Origin: a virus
Lineage: Duplodnaviria; Heunggongvirae; Uroviricota; Caudoviricetes
Length of the DNA stretch: 22,174 nucleotides
Strand: one strand, 5' to 3'
Virus record (IMG/VR): IMGVR_UViG_2675903413_000005
Part shown: positions 1 through 7,214 of the stretch, in pieces
Layout of the letters: each line of letters starts with the position of its first letter
How positions within the stretch are numbered: the first letter of the stretch is position 1
The notes under the pieces: generated by a model
Told to the model about the DNA's origin: nothing
What the model saw: the letters and a program-made list of their open reading frames with translations, nothing else
The model's database searches: none
Made by a program: the position numbers and the translations under genes

Positions 1-19
1 CTATTTGATAAATATTAAA

Positions 20-1315
20 TTAATTTTTCATTGCTTCGTTATGGGGCATGGTTGGGGCAAACTCGCTTAACTGTGTATTTAACAAAGCTACCTGTGCATT
101 ATTGTTTTCAGACATCCATTTTCCGTATACCTGAAATACCATTTGCGCATCTGCATGGCCCATCTGGTTTGCTATAAATGCCGGGTTAGCACCAGCTGTC
201 AGCGACCAGCAGGCATAAGTATGTCTCGACTGATATGATTTTCGATGGCGGAGTCCGGCACGTTTTATCGCTGCGTCCCACATCTGCCTTATTGAGTCAA
301 CGGTAAAATGGTCACCATAATTTTTTACTCTCGCTGACACTTCAGGTTGAAAAACAAAGGTGCATTTTTGTTTTTCTGTTCTGCCATACTCTCTGAGGTG
401 AACATCAATGATATGCTCTTTGCTCAGTCTCGTTAATGTCATCTGACTCCGGAGAGCGTCGATTGCTGGCTTAATAAGATGAATGACCCGATTGGTTCCC
501 GCCTGTGTTTTTGGTACCGTGAAACGGTCTTTTGCTAAATTTCTCCTGATCATCATTGTTCCATTTTTCAGATCTATGTCCTCCCATCCAAGTGCACACA
601 GCTCACCAGGGCGAACTCCAGTATAAACAGAAACACACCATAAATTTTTTGCTTGCTGATTTCTGCACGCATCGATAAGACGGATAAATTCTTCCCGCGA
701 AAGAGGATCCGGAATGGTTCTTGATTCCTTTAATGGCGAGATCCCCTTAAACGGATTATCTGCCAGGTAACCGTTATCAACACCAAACTGGAACACGGCG
801 TTAAGATTTGTCATGTAATTATTTACAGTTACAGCCGATCTCCCTGGTTGTGTAACAATATAGTTACTTTTGGGGATCTGGTATCCAGTCAGTAACTCTT
901 TACGAACCTCCAGTAATTTTTCTTTATTAATCGATGAGGCAAGATTTTTTTCACCGATTATGCTCAGGATATTTTTGATGACGGCACGGTATGTGTTGAG
1001 TGATGTTTTGGCGACTTCAGTTTCTTTCAGTGCCAGAAATTTTTCAGCCAGTTCTTTTATGGTTAAATCTTGTCGGGCCTCACCAAATTTTTCCAGATTG
1101 CGTGAGGAGGGAAACTGTTTTGCATAGTCGAAAACACCAGTTTTTATTGCGTAACAAACAGAGGAGCGTAGTTCACCTGCAACGCGCCTGTTTTTTGCTG
1201 TGTCAGGAACCCCCAGATTTTCCCTGACTCTTACGTCTTTATAAACAAACCAGATACGTAATTTCCCTCCATGGTTTTCCACGCCTGTCGGATATTTCAT
1301 TTCAACTTCTCTCAT
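20..1315 (-). CDS. Phage integrase, tyrosine recombinase family
   Basis: 431-aa ORF; C-terminal catalytic region with RHTYACW ... MGHADAQMVFQVYGKW (His and Tyr of the tyrosine recombinase active site); N-terminus resembles lambdoid prophage integrases. Alternative start at the second Met (MKYP, coordinate 1300). Confidence 0.9.
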   Translation of the reverse strand: MREVEMKYPTGVENHGGKLRIWFVYKDVRVRENLGVPDTAKNRRVAGELRSSVCYAIKTGVFDYAKQFPSSRNLEKFGEARQDLTIKELAEKFLALKETEVAKTSLNTYRAVIKNILSIIGEKNLASSINKEKLLEVRKELLTGYQIPKSNYIVTQPGRSAVTVNNYMTNLNAVFQFGVDNGYLADNPFKGISPLKESRTIPDPLSREEFIRLIDACRNQQAKNLWCVSVYTGVRPGELCALGWEDIDLKNGTMMIRRNLAKDRFTVPKTQAGTNRVIHLIKPAIDALRSQMTLTRLSKEHIIDVHLREYGRTEKQKCTFVFQPEVSARVKNYGDHFTVDSIRQMWDAAIKRAGLRHRKSYQSRHTYACWSLTAGANPAFIANQMGHADAQMVFQVYGKWMSENNNAQVALLNTQLSEFAPTMPHNEAMKN

Positions 1316-1334
1316 TAGTTAGTGTGGCTTTTAG

Positions 1335-1586
1335 TCAAGTAAGATGACGTCTTGGTCTCGCTGATGCCTGGCGCTCAATCCAGCGATCAATTTCTTCCAG
1401 GTTGTAAAAGCATGGACTGTTATCCCATGGCATACCGTCATGAGCGACATGCTTATATTCCCTTCCTTCCATAAACGATTTTTCCCGGGCCTTTTTTAAC
1501 GTACCTTTTTTTATTCCTTTCAGCGCAATTAACTGCTCTTCGGATACCCATTTGCCGGGAGAGACAATCATGATTACTTCGCTCAT
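1335..1586 (-). CDS. Excisionase-like small protein (Xis position)
   Basis: 83-aa ORF immediately upstream of and co-oriented with the integrase; size and position typical of lambdoid xis; function by synteny only. Confidence 0.5.
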   Translation of the reverse strand: MSEVIMIVSPGKWVSEEQLIALKGIKKGTLKKAREKSFMEGREYKHVAHDGMPWDNSPCFYNLEEIDRWIERQASARPRRHLT

Positions 1587-1658
1587 CGATTTCTTTATCT
1601 CTTACATCAGACGAGCGCCGGTTGCAGAATACCAGTCACAACCGGCGACAGTTGAACA

Positions 1659-3893
1659 TTAAGAATCAGCCTGACTCGGGATCAGTTTTTGCCAGATAAC
1701 TGAAACGTATTTTGCCTGGTAACGGGCGTCATCAAGTGCATTATGGCGCTCACCTTCGAATGGAATAGCCGTTCTGGCATCGAAGTCTATGGCTTTCCCC
1801 AGCTCAACGATTGTGCGTACATCGCGATCGTTGTAGTAACGCCACGGGCAGGGGATCCCCTGCCGTTCGTATGAACGGCGCAAAATCGTGTTGTCGAAGT
1901 TGGCTCCATTTCCCCAAACCTGAACAAAAAATTCACCGGAGTTTTCGTCGATAAATTCTCGCAATTGTAACAGTGCATCATCTAACGGGATTTCATCGGT
2001 CATAATGGCAGATTGCGCTTCGCGTGATTGCTTAAGCCACCATTTAATGGTGTCCCGATCAATGACTCCGCCAGCAGTTTCCAGATCGATAGTCTTACTA
2101 AATTCCGGTCCCATATCTCCGGTTTGCGGATCGAAAAATATTGCACCTATTGAGATGATCGGGGCATCAGGATTTTTTCCCATGGTTTCAAGGTCGATCA
2201 TTAGATGGTCACACGTCCTGCTGGTGGATGTGATTTCGTGATGACCGTTCACCTTAATTGGGTGATCTGCCGTCTCGCCAGTTTCATTATCGCTATTGTG
2301 ATGCTGATTGCCGCCAGTGTTCTCCTTGTGTGGATGTTCAGCGCCTTCCATTTCCTCCGGATCATCTTCCTGAACTTCAACCTGATACTCTTCATCGAAT
2401 GTTTCTTGGTATGTTGCGTCGCCCATCACCGCGCCACAATCAGGGCAGTTGCCGCCGCCGGTCTGACCGCAGGCGGTGCAGACTTTTTCCACTTCCTGTT
2501 GCGCTACTGGTTCAGGCTGTTTCGTTTCTGGCTCGTTTTGTAACGCATTTGGACTGTTTTGTTCCGCTTTTTGGTAGTTCCGTTCCGATTCATGCTGGTT
2601 CTGGTTCACAGAATCGCGGGTCTGGAGCCCCTTAACCCATTTCGGATCATTCGGGTCACTAATCCCTTCAACAAATTCACCACGTGATGCAGCAAGCAAC
2701 TTATCGGCGTCAGGCTGGCTGATATTGGCTGCCTGCATAATTTTGTTTACTTCGTCAGCGGTAACTTTTATCGGCTCTGGTTGTTCTGAATCTTCAGCGG
2801 TATCTACATTTTGCGGTAAGCCCGTGTATGTGCCATTTTTTCGGGCAAAATATTCTTCTTTTGTGATTTCAGTGGCGCCAGCAGCCAGTGCCTTATCCAG
2901 ACCAGAGAGTTTGTTTGCGCGACCGTATTTTTCTCCGTCCTTATCTGCGAAGAGGAAATAGAACGGCCCCTCACGCTCTACAGATGGTTCAGCTTCCGGC
3001 GCGGTTTCATTTTTTGGGATATCAGATACCTCAGTTTCCACTGCATCAGTTTGTGTTTCTGATGACTGGAGAACATCAACAGTGCCCAGGTCTGTTTCTT
3101 CATTCTCAAACACGCCCTTTGTCGTCAGGTATTCGCAGATATATTTGTTCAGTGCTACGGGATCTTTGTGAATGTCGATCGGACGCTCACGGACAAGGCC
3201 AAAAATAGTTTGGCGGTCGTAGCGAAGGGCATCAGGCTGTTTGCGCATTGATGCCGAGATACGCTTCCAGTCTTCGCGGTCGTTGTCGATAACTTCTTTT
3301 TTTGCCCAGCGATGGATGCTGCCGTCAATGTTTCCGGCATCCACATCACTAGGCCAGAGAGCGTAGGCCAGTTCGTCATCCAGTGTTTTCCATGTCTGCT
3401 TGTATTCGCGATGAATGGCAGCAATGACCGGGCTGATTTTTCCTGTTGAATTTTCAGTGTACTGTTGATTGGCTCTGGCGCGGGCGAGATCAACAACAGA
3501 CGTGTATTTTCCGGTTTCCTTGCGTTCACCTTCGCGACGTTTTTTCCAGATGCGCATCTCTGCCTGAATTTCGGGCCATTTAGCACCAGGAATACATTTA
3601 TGCTTAACCCACCCAATGGCGTGCAACTTAAGCTCCGGATACATGGCGTTAACTTCTGGCATTTTCATCAACGCTTCAACGATATGTCCGTCGAATGTTG
3701 CCATGTCTTCCTGCAACAATTCCTGTGCGCTAATAACCATATCAACGGTGATGTTTTCACATGTGTCGAACTTAACCATGACAGCGTTCTGTACTTCAGG
3801 GGCCAGCTTGTCAAAAGTGACGTTCATCGGATCGGATTCAGTCTCAACCGGGACAAAAGAAGCAGACTCCTCATCCCAGCGGTTTTCCTGCAT
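1659..3893 (-). CDS. Prophage exonuclease with C-terminal DnaQ-like DEDDh 3'-5' exonuclease domain
   Basis: 744-aa ORF; C-terminal motifs MIDLETMG (Exo I), WGNGANFD (Exo II), HNALDDAR (Exo III); central CTACGQTGGGNCPDCG zinc-ribbon-like motif; acidic low-complexity linker. Confidence 0.8.
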   Translation of the reverse strand: MQENRWDEESASFVPVETESDPMNVTFDKLAPEVQNAVMVKFDTCENITVDMVISAQELLQEDMATFDGHIVEALMKMPEVNAMYPELKLHAIGWVKHKCIPGAKWPEIQAEMRIWKKRREGERKETGKYTSVVDLARARANQQYTENSTGKISPVIAAIHREYKQTWKTLDDELAYALWPSDVDAGNIDGSIHRWAKKEVIDNDREDWKRISASMRKQPDALRYDRQTIFGLVRERPIDIHKDPVALNKYICEYLTTKGVFENEETDLGTVDVLQSSETQTDAVETEVSDIPKNETAPEAEPSVEREGPFYFLFADKDGEKYGRANKLSGLDKALAAGATEITKEEYFARKNGTYTGLPQNVDTAEDSEQPEPIKVTADEVNKIMQAANISQPDADKLLAASRGEFVEGISDPNDPKWVKGLQTRDSVNQNQHESERNYQKAEQNSPNALQNEPETKQPEPVAQQEVEKVCTACGQTGGGNCPDCGAVMGDATYQETFDEEYQVEVQEDDPEEMEGAEHPHKENTGGNQHHNSDNETGETADHPIKVNGHHEITSTSRTCDHLMIDLETMGKNPDAPIISIGAIFFDPQTGDMGPEFSKTIDLETAGGVIDRDTIKWWLKQSREAQSAIMTDEIPLDDALLQLREFIDENSGEFFVQVWGNGANFDNTILRRSYERQGIPCPWRYYNDRDVRTIVELGKAIDFDARTAIPFEGERHNALDDARYQAKYVSVIWQKLIPSQADS

Positions 3894-4138
3894 ATATTCA
3901 GCATCCCATGAATCGAGGGCAGGGCGGGGTATGTAATCATTCTGGCAATGCTTAATGCCGCTGCTTTTTCCAGATTGGTGATATCCTGCTCCAGAGCGGA
4001 CAGATTTTCAGCCTGCTTAGCCCTGGCTTCATTAGCCCATTTCAGATCCTGCGCTGCATTAATTTTCTGGCGCATCCACTCATAAAGTTCATCATCGGTA
4101 TAGTCTGGCGCGATGATGACGGGTTCTCGTTTCTGCAT
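3824..4138 (-). CDS. Hypothetical small early protein (3' end uncertain; overlaps the exonuclease start by about 70 nt)
   Basis: ORF beginning MQKREPVIIAPDYTDDELYEWMRQ...; the first ~60 residues look protein-like, the tail is low complexity; a shorter natural product or alternative exonuclease start is possible. Confidence 0.4.
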   Translation of the reverse strand: MQKREPVIIAPDYTDDELYEWMRQKINAAQDLKWANEARAKQAENLSALEQDITNLEKAAALSIARMITYPALPSIHGMLNICRKTAGMRSLLLLSRLRLNPIR

Positions 4139-4167
4139 ACTGATTCCTCGCGGTGCTGTTTCGCTTA

Positions 4168-4296
4168 TCAGCCGTTAGATTTTGCCGAACTGGAAAGCGC
4201 CTGTTTAAACTCACTGAAGCTGAGAGCTTCTTCGCCTTCGGCAAGGCCTTCGAAGTATTCTTCGTAAGCCTTTTCCATGATTGTGTCGAAATCCAT
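4168..4296 (-). CDS. Hypothetical 42-aa acidic protein (below the ORF-track length cut-off)
   Basis: ATG at 4296 preceded by GGTGA Shine-Dalgarno 5 nt upstream; translation MDFDTIMEKAYEEYFEGLAEGEEALSFSEFKQALSSSAKSNG; start lies 1 nt after the stop of the upstream ORF (TGA-T-ATG). The 69-aa ORF 4092..4301 in another frame is low-complexity and likely spurious. Confidence 0.4.
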   Translation of the reverse strand: MDFDTIMEKAYEEYFEGLAEGEEALSFSEFKQALSSSAKSNG

Positions 4297-4297
4297 A

Positions 4298-4453
4298 TCA
4301 CTCACCTGAGTTTCTTTCCAGCCAGCGACGGGCACCATTTTCGGTTTTAAACGTTTTGCTTTTGGTATACGTCATTGCGGTGAACGTGCCGTCCTGGTTT
4401 GGAAACACGCCGTACACCAGAGATTCGTTGTTGCCAAGATCGATAGTATCCAT
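4298..4453 (-). CDS. Hypothetical 51-aa protein
   Basis: ATG at 4453 preceded by TGAGGT Shine-Dalgarno; translation MDTIDLGNNESLVYGVFPNQDGTFTAMTYTKSKTFKTENGARRWLERNSGE. The 83-aa version in the ORF track needs a TTG start without RBS. Confidence 0.45.
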   Translation of the reverse strand: MDTIDLGNNESLVYGVFPNQDGTFTAMTYTKSKTFKTENGARRWLERNSGE

Positions 4454-4507
4454 GCTGACCTCATTTCCCCTTAACGCTGGGGTAACTGGACTGCCTGGGC
4501 CAATGAC

Positions 4508-4732
4508 GTGCGCACAATGCGGATGCTGGATGGCAGAAGCCACAGACAAATTTGCGAAATGTTTGGTCGGGTTCAGCGAGATCCATTCTGGGTAAAAAAC
4601 ATCATGAGCCCGTCAAAGCTCCGCGAAAAATGGGACGAACTGGTCATCCGCCTGGGACGTTCACCTGTACAGCGTTGTGTTAATCATATTTCTGAACCGG
4701 ATACAGAAATTCCGCCTGGTTTCAGAGGATAA
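4508..4732 (+). CDS. Hypothetical 74-aa protein (GTG start; possibly shorter, from ATG 4604)
   Basis: First rightward ORF after the divergent region; no strong RBS; no recognisable motif. Confidence 0.3.
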   Translation: MRTMRMLDGRSHRQICEMFGRVQRDPFWVKNIMSPSKLREKWDELVIRLGRSPVQRCVNHISEPDTEIPPGFRG

Positions 4733-4772
4733 GTGTTGATTTCAGGTCATGAGGTAATTTTAAGGGGGACTT

Positions 4773-5195
4773 GTGGCAAAAGTTTTTACACAAGAAGAGC
4801 GGGAAAAAATTAAATGGCAGGTGGTGGAACTCGTGCGCCAGAGCGGCCGTGAGACGTTACGGCAACTGGAAGCTAAAACAGGTGCGACTAGATATCTGAT
4901 GAGCGTTCTTGCCAGAGAGCTGGTAGCCAGTGGCGATGTATACAACTCCGGCTACGGGTTATTCCCCTCTGAACAGGCGCGTAAGGACTGGCAAAACGCC
5001 CGCAAAAAACTCTCGAGGGCAAAGGTGAAGAAACCTGCTGTGGTTGATCCGGACCTTATCTGGTCATCACCTGACGGAGAAATACGTCGCTACGACAGTC
5101 GCCTAAACATAATCTGTCGCGAGTGCCGGAAGAGCGAAGTTATGCAGCGCATACTGGCTTTCTATCAGGGTAATTTTCAGGACGTGGCGCAGTGA
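4773..5195 (+). CDS. Hypothetical 140-aa protein, possible HTH DNA-binding protein, translationally coupled to the downstream methyltransferase
   Basis: GTG start at 4773 with AAGGGGG Shine-Dalgarno at 4763-4769; stop overlaps the next start (GTGA at 5192-5195); N-terminal region RETLRQLEAKTGATRYLMSVLARELV is helix-turn-helix-like. Confidence 0.6.
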   Translation: MAKVFTQEEREKIKWQVVELVRQSGRETLRQLEAKTGATRYLMSVLARELVASGDVYNSGYGLFPSEQARKDWQNARKKLSRAKVKKPAVVDPDLIWSSPDGEIRRYDSRLNIICRECRKSEVMQRILAFYQGNFQDVAQ

Positions 5196-5548
5196 GTGCA
5201 CCGGCAACCATTCTTGATATGTGCTGTGGCAGCCGCATGTTCTGGTTCGATAAGTCTGACGAACGGGCGATATTCAGCGATATCAGAAAAGAAGGATACA
5301 CATTACGCAATGGGAGACGCTTGATTATCAGCCCTGACATTATCGCAGATTTTCGTGCATTATCATTTGCAGACGCATCTTTTTCGATGGTTGTATTAGA
5401 CCCTCCGCATCTTGAGAGTGTTGGTGATAACGCCTGGATGGGAAAGAAATATGGACGGCTGAATAAAGATGCCTGGCGTGATGATTCGCGACAGAGATTT
5501 AAAGAAGCCTTTCGGGTGTTGAGGCCGCACGGCGTTCTGATTTTTTAA
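5192..5548 (+). CDS. Small class-I SAM-dependent methyltransferase with DPPH motif (N6-adenine/N4-cytosine amino-methyltransferase type); possibly truncated
   Basis: Motif I-like DMCCGSRMFW near the N-terminus and catalytic motif IV VVLDPPH about 60 residues later; terminates at TAA 5546-5548 but the same frame stays open for 29 more codons (WNETQIPVSQILALTDRKPVICQRTGKKR). Confidence 0.65.
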   Translation: MSAPATILDMCCGSRMFWFDKSDERAIFSDIRKEGYTLRNGRRLIISPDIIADFRALSFADASFSMVVLDPPHLESVGDNAWMGKKYGRLNKDAWRDDSRQRFKEAFRVLRPHGVLIF

Positions 5549-5810
5549 TGGAATGAAACGCAAATACCGGTAAGCCAGATTCTGGCACTGACAGACAGAA
5601 AACCTGTTATCTGTCAACGAACAGGGAAAAAACGATAAAACCCACTGGATTATTTTTATGAAAGAGGCATCCAGTGAGTAGATTCGTAAGGCTACAGATA
5701 CGTATATCTGAATAATTAAATTCAGTTCTGTAAATAAAATTTAATCCTTAACCGGATGGATTTCTGCACCCTCAGAACATCAGGAGGCCGCCCGAAAGGG
5801 CGGTAGTGAA

Positions 5811-5993
5811 ATGCGAAAGTTCAAAATTATTATTGAAACGGGAATAGCTGGTGGAGATTTTGAGGATGTATTCGAAGTGGACGATGACGCAACACCTGAG
5901 GAAATTCATGACGGAGCATAAGAAATTTTCTTTAACTACTGCAATTACTCATACCACGAAATAAAAGACGATGAGGAAGAACAAAGTGGCTGA
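5811..5993 (+). pseudogene. Small ORF unit 1: 36 codons to TAA at 5919, frame open for 23 more codons to TGA 5991
   Basis: ATG 5811; MRKFKIIIETGIAGGDFEDVFEVDDDATPEEIHDGA then stop, then EIFFNYCNYSYHEIKDDEEEQSG; terminal TGA overlaps the start of unit 2. Could equally be an intact 36-aa peptide gene. Confidence 0.3.
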
Positions 5994-6162
5994 TTTTTGT
6001 TCAGCTAAATATAACATCAGTTTTGAAGAGCGGGATGAACTATTAATGGACTATGGTGAGTTACGCGGTGGAAGTGCTGCTGATGTCGAATCCTAGCGTG
6101 ATGACTATGAAGCGGGAAAAACTCCGGTCGAAGCATATTGTGATGAGTGGGGCGATGAATGA
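5986..6162 (+). pseudogene. Small ORF unit 2: 36 codons to TAG at 6094, frame open for 21 more codons to TGA 6160
   Basis: GTG 5986 with GAGGA Shine-Dalgarno at 5973-5977; VADFCSAKYNISFEERDELLMDYGELRGGSAADVES then stop, then RDDYEAGKTPVEAYCDEWGDE; terminal TGA overlaps the ATG of unit 3 (ATGA). Confidence 0.3.
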
Positions 6163-6446
6163 GCGAGATTAATTATCAGGAAGGGCATGAAACGGCGGGG
6201 CAAGCAAAACCAGTGGCATGGCGATATCGCTACGTGAAAAAAGGCGTTACGGACTTTCAGGGGAAGTAGTGGTCTGGTGACTGGAAATATGTACCGAAAA
6301 AAGAGGATTGTAACGACAGGCCGAACTATCAAATTCAGGCCTTATTCACTGCCTCACCAGTCCCAGTTACATCAGAAGAACTGGTTAAAGCTGTGCACTT
6401 TTATGAACAACTAAAACGCGAAAATCCACCAACATCCGGCAACTAG
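6159..6446 (+). pseudogene. Small ORF unit 3: 36 codons to TAG at 6267, frame open for 58 more codons
   Basis: ATG 6159; MSEINYQEGHETAGQAKPVAWRYRYVKKGVTDFQGK then stop, then WSGDWKYVPKKEDCNDRPNYQIQALFTASPVPVTSEELVKAVHFYEQLKRENPPTSGN; protein-like composition on both sides of the stop. Confidence 0.35.
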
Positions 6447-6700
6447 ATTAATGGATTAACTATGTCGGTTAAACGACCAGCCAACTGAAAAAGCGGAAAC
6501 CTGATTACAGGTTGCCAGATAAGGCAATGAGCTACCTGGCGCGGAACGGACTGATAAGTATGGGGAATGTTTTACGATGAACCTTTAGACTAAAGAGTTT
6601 GTAACGCTATGTAAGTGATTTTTTCTGGTTTAGATATTTATATGTCCGGCCAAATTGAGGTGTGTTTAAATGTAATTGCACATTGATTGTAGGAGGAATA

Positions 6701-6880
6701 ATGAAAAACGCATTGCAGTTTTTGTTTGTTGCGTTCTGGTTGTTCGCATCATGTATGCCCATCATCTTCACAGCAAGGTATATGGAAAAAGTTGATGTTT
6801 TGATATTAATATTTGGATATATAAATGCCCTTTTTTTAGGGGTGTTCATGGCGGTCATGTGCATTGAATACTGGCGGTAA
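6701..6880 (+). CDS. Small hydrophobic membrane protein with two predicted transmembrane helices (59 aa)
   Basis: Canonical AGGAGG Shine-Dalgarno 6 nt before ATG 6701; MKNALQFLFVAFWLFASCMPIIFTARYMEKVDVLILIFGYINALFLGVFMAVMCIEYWR; AT-rich codon usage unlike its neighbours. Confidence 0.6.
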   Translation: MKNALQFLFVAFWLFASCMPIIFTARYMEKVDVLILIFGYINALFLGVFMAVMCIEYWR

Positions 6881-7186
6881 ATACAGCGAACTCCATTGGT
6901 TTAGTTGGATATTTACTGTGCTGGACAAAAACGGTTTGCGGGGAAATCTTAGTTAAGTAGAATGACTGCGGGTGCTTGAGGCTATCTGCCTCGGGCATGG
7001 ACACCAACGGCAGATAGAGAAAAGCCCCAGTTAACATTACGCGTCCTGCAAGACGCTTAACATTAATCTGAGGCCAATTTCATGCTAGACACATGTAGGT
7101 TAGCCTCTTACGTGCCGAAAGGCACGGAGAAGCAGGCTATTGTTAACACCAAGCTGTAATGTCCCCTTTGAACCATTCTAAAATGT

Positions 7187-7213
7187 CCCCAGACAATTCT
7201 CTGGGGGATTTTT
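7187..7213 (+). promoter_or_regulatory. Terminator-like hairpin (CCCCAGA caattc TCTGGGG + TTTTT) ending 2 nt before the transposase ATG and containing its GGGGGA ribosome-binding site
   Basis: 7-bp GC-rich stem 7187-7193 / 7200-7206, T-run 7209-7213, ATG at 7215; would block read-through transcription and sequester the RBS. Confidence 0.5.
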
Positions 7214-7214
7214 C

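Noticed and set aside
1-19. Prophage attachment site (attL) at the integrase 3' end
   Set aside because: Only 19 bp lie beyond the integrase stop, too little to identify a core or a tRNA-derived repeat.
870-1227. Plus-strand ORFs 870..1127 and 1000..1227
   Set aside because: Antisense to the integrase; no RBS and no protein-like composition.
2005-3936. Plus-strand ORFs antisense to the exonuclease (2005..2241, 2205..2543, 2258..2635, 2725..2961, 2888..3208, 3465..3911, 3616..3936) and the minus-strand ORFs 1787..1981 and 3155..3616
   Set aside because: They lie inside or antisense to the 744-aa exonuclease ORF, are low-complexity (Arg/Cys/Ser-rich) and lack ribosome-binding sites.
4092-4350. 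ORFs 4092..4301 (minus, 69 aa) and 4153..4350 (plus, 65 aa)
   Set aside because: Low-complexity basic translations; the same DNA encodes the better-supported 42-aa and 51-aa ORFs with Shine-Dalgarno sequences.
5811-6446. Tandem repeat of a ~174-bp unit as the explanation for the three equal-length ORFs
   Set aside because: The three units share no detectable nucleotide or protein similarity; only lengths and spacing are regular.
7101-7139. Group II intron, suggested by the domain-V-like hairpin with AGC triad and GAAA tetraloop
   Set aside because: No reverse transcriptase/maturase ORF, no domain VI with bulged A downstream, and no upstream domains I-IV; the neighbouring ORF is a DDE transposase. 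Kept only as an unexplained structured element.
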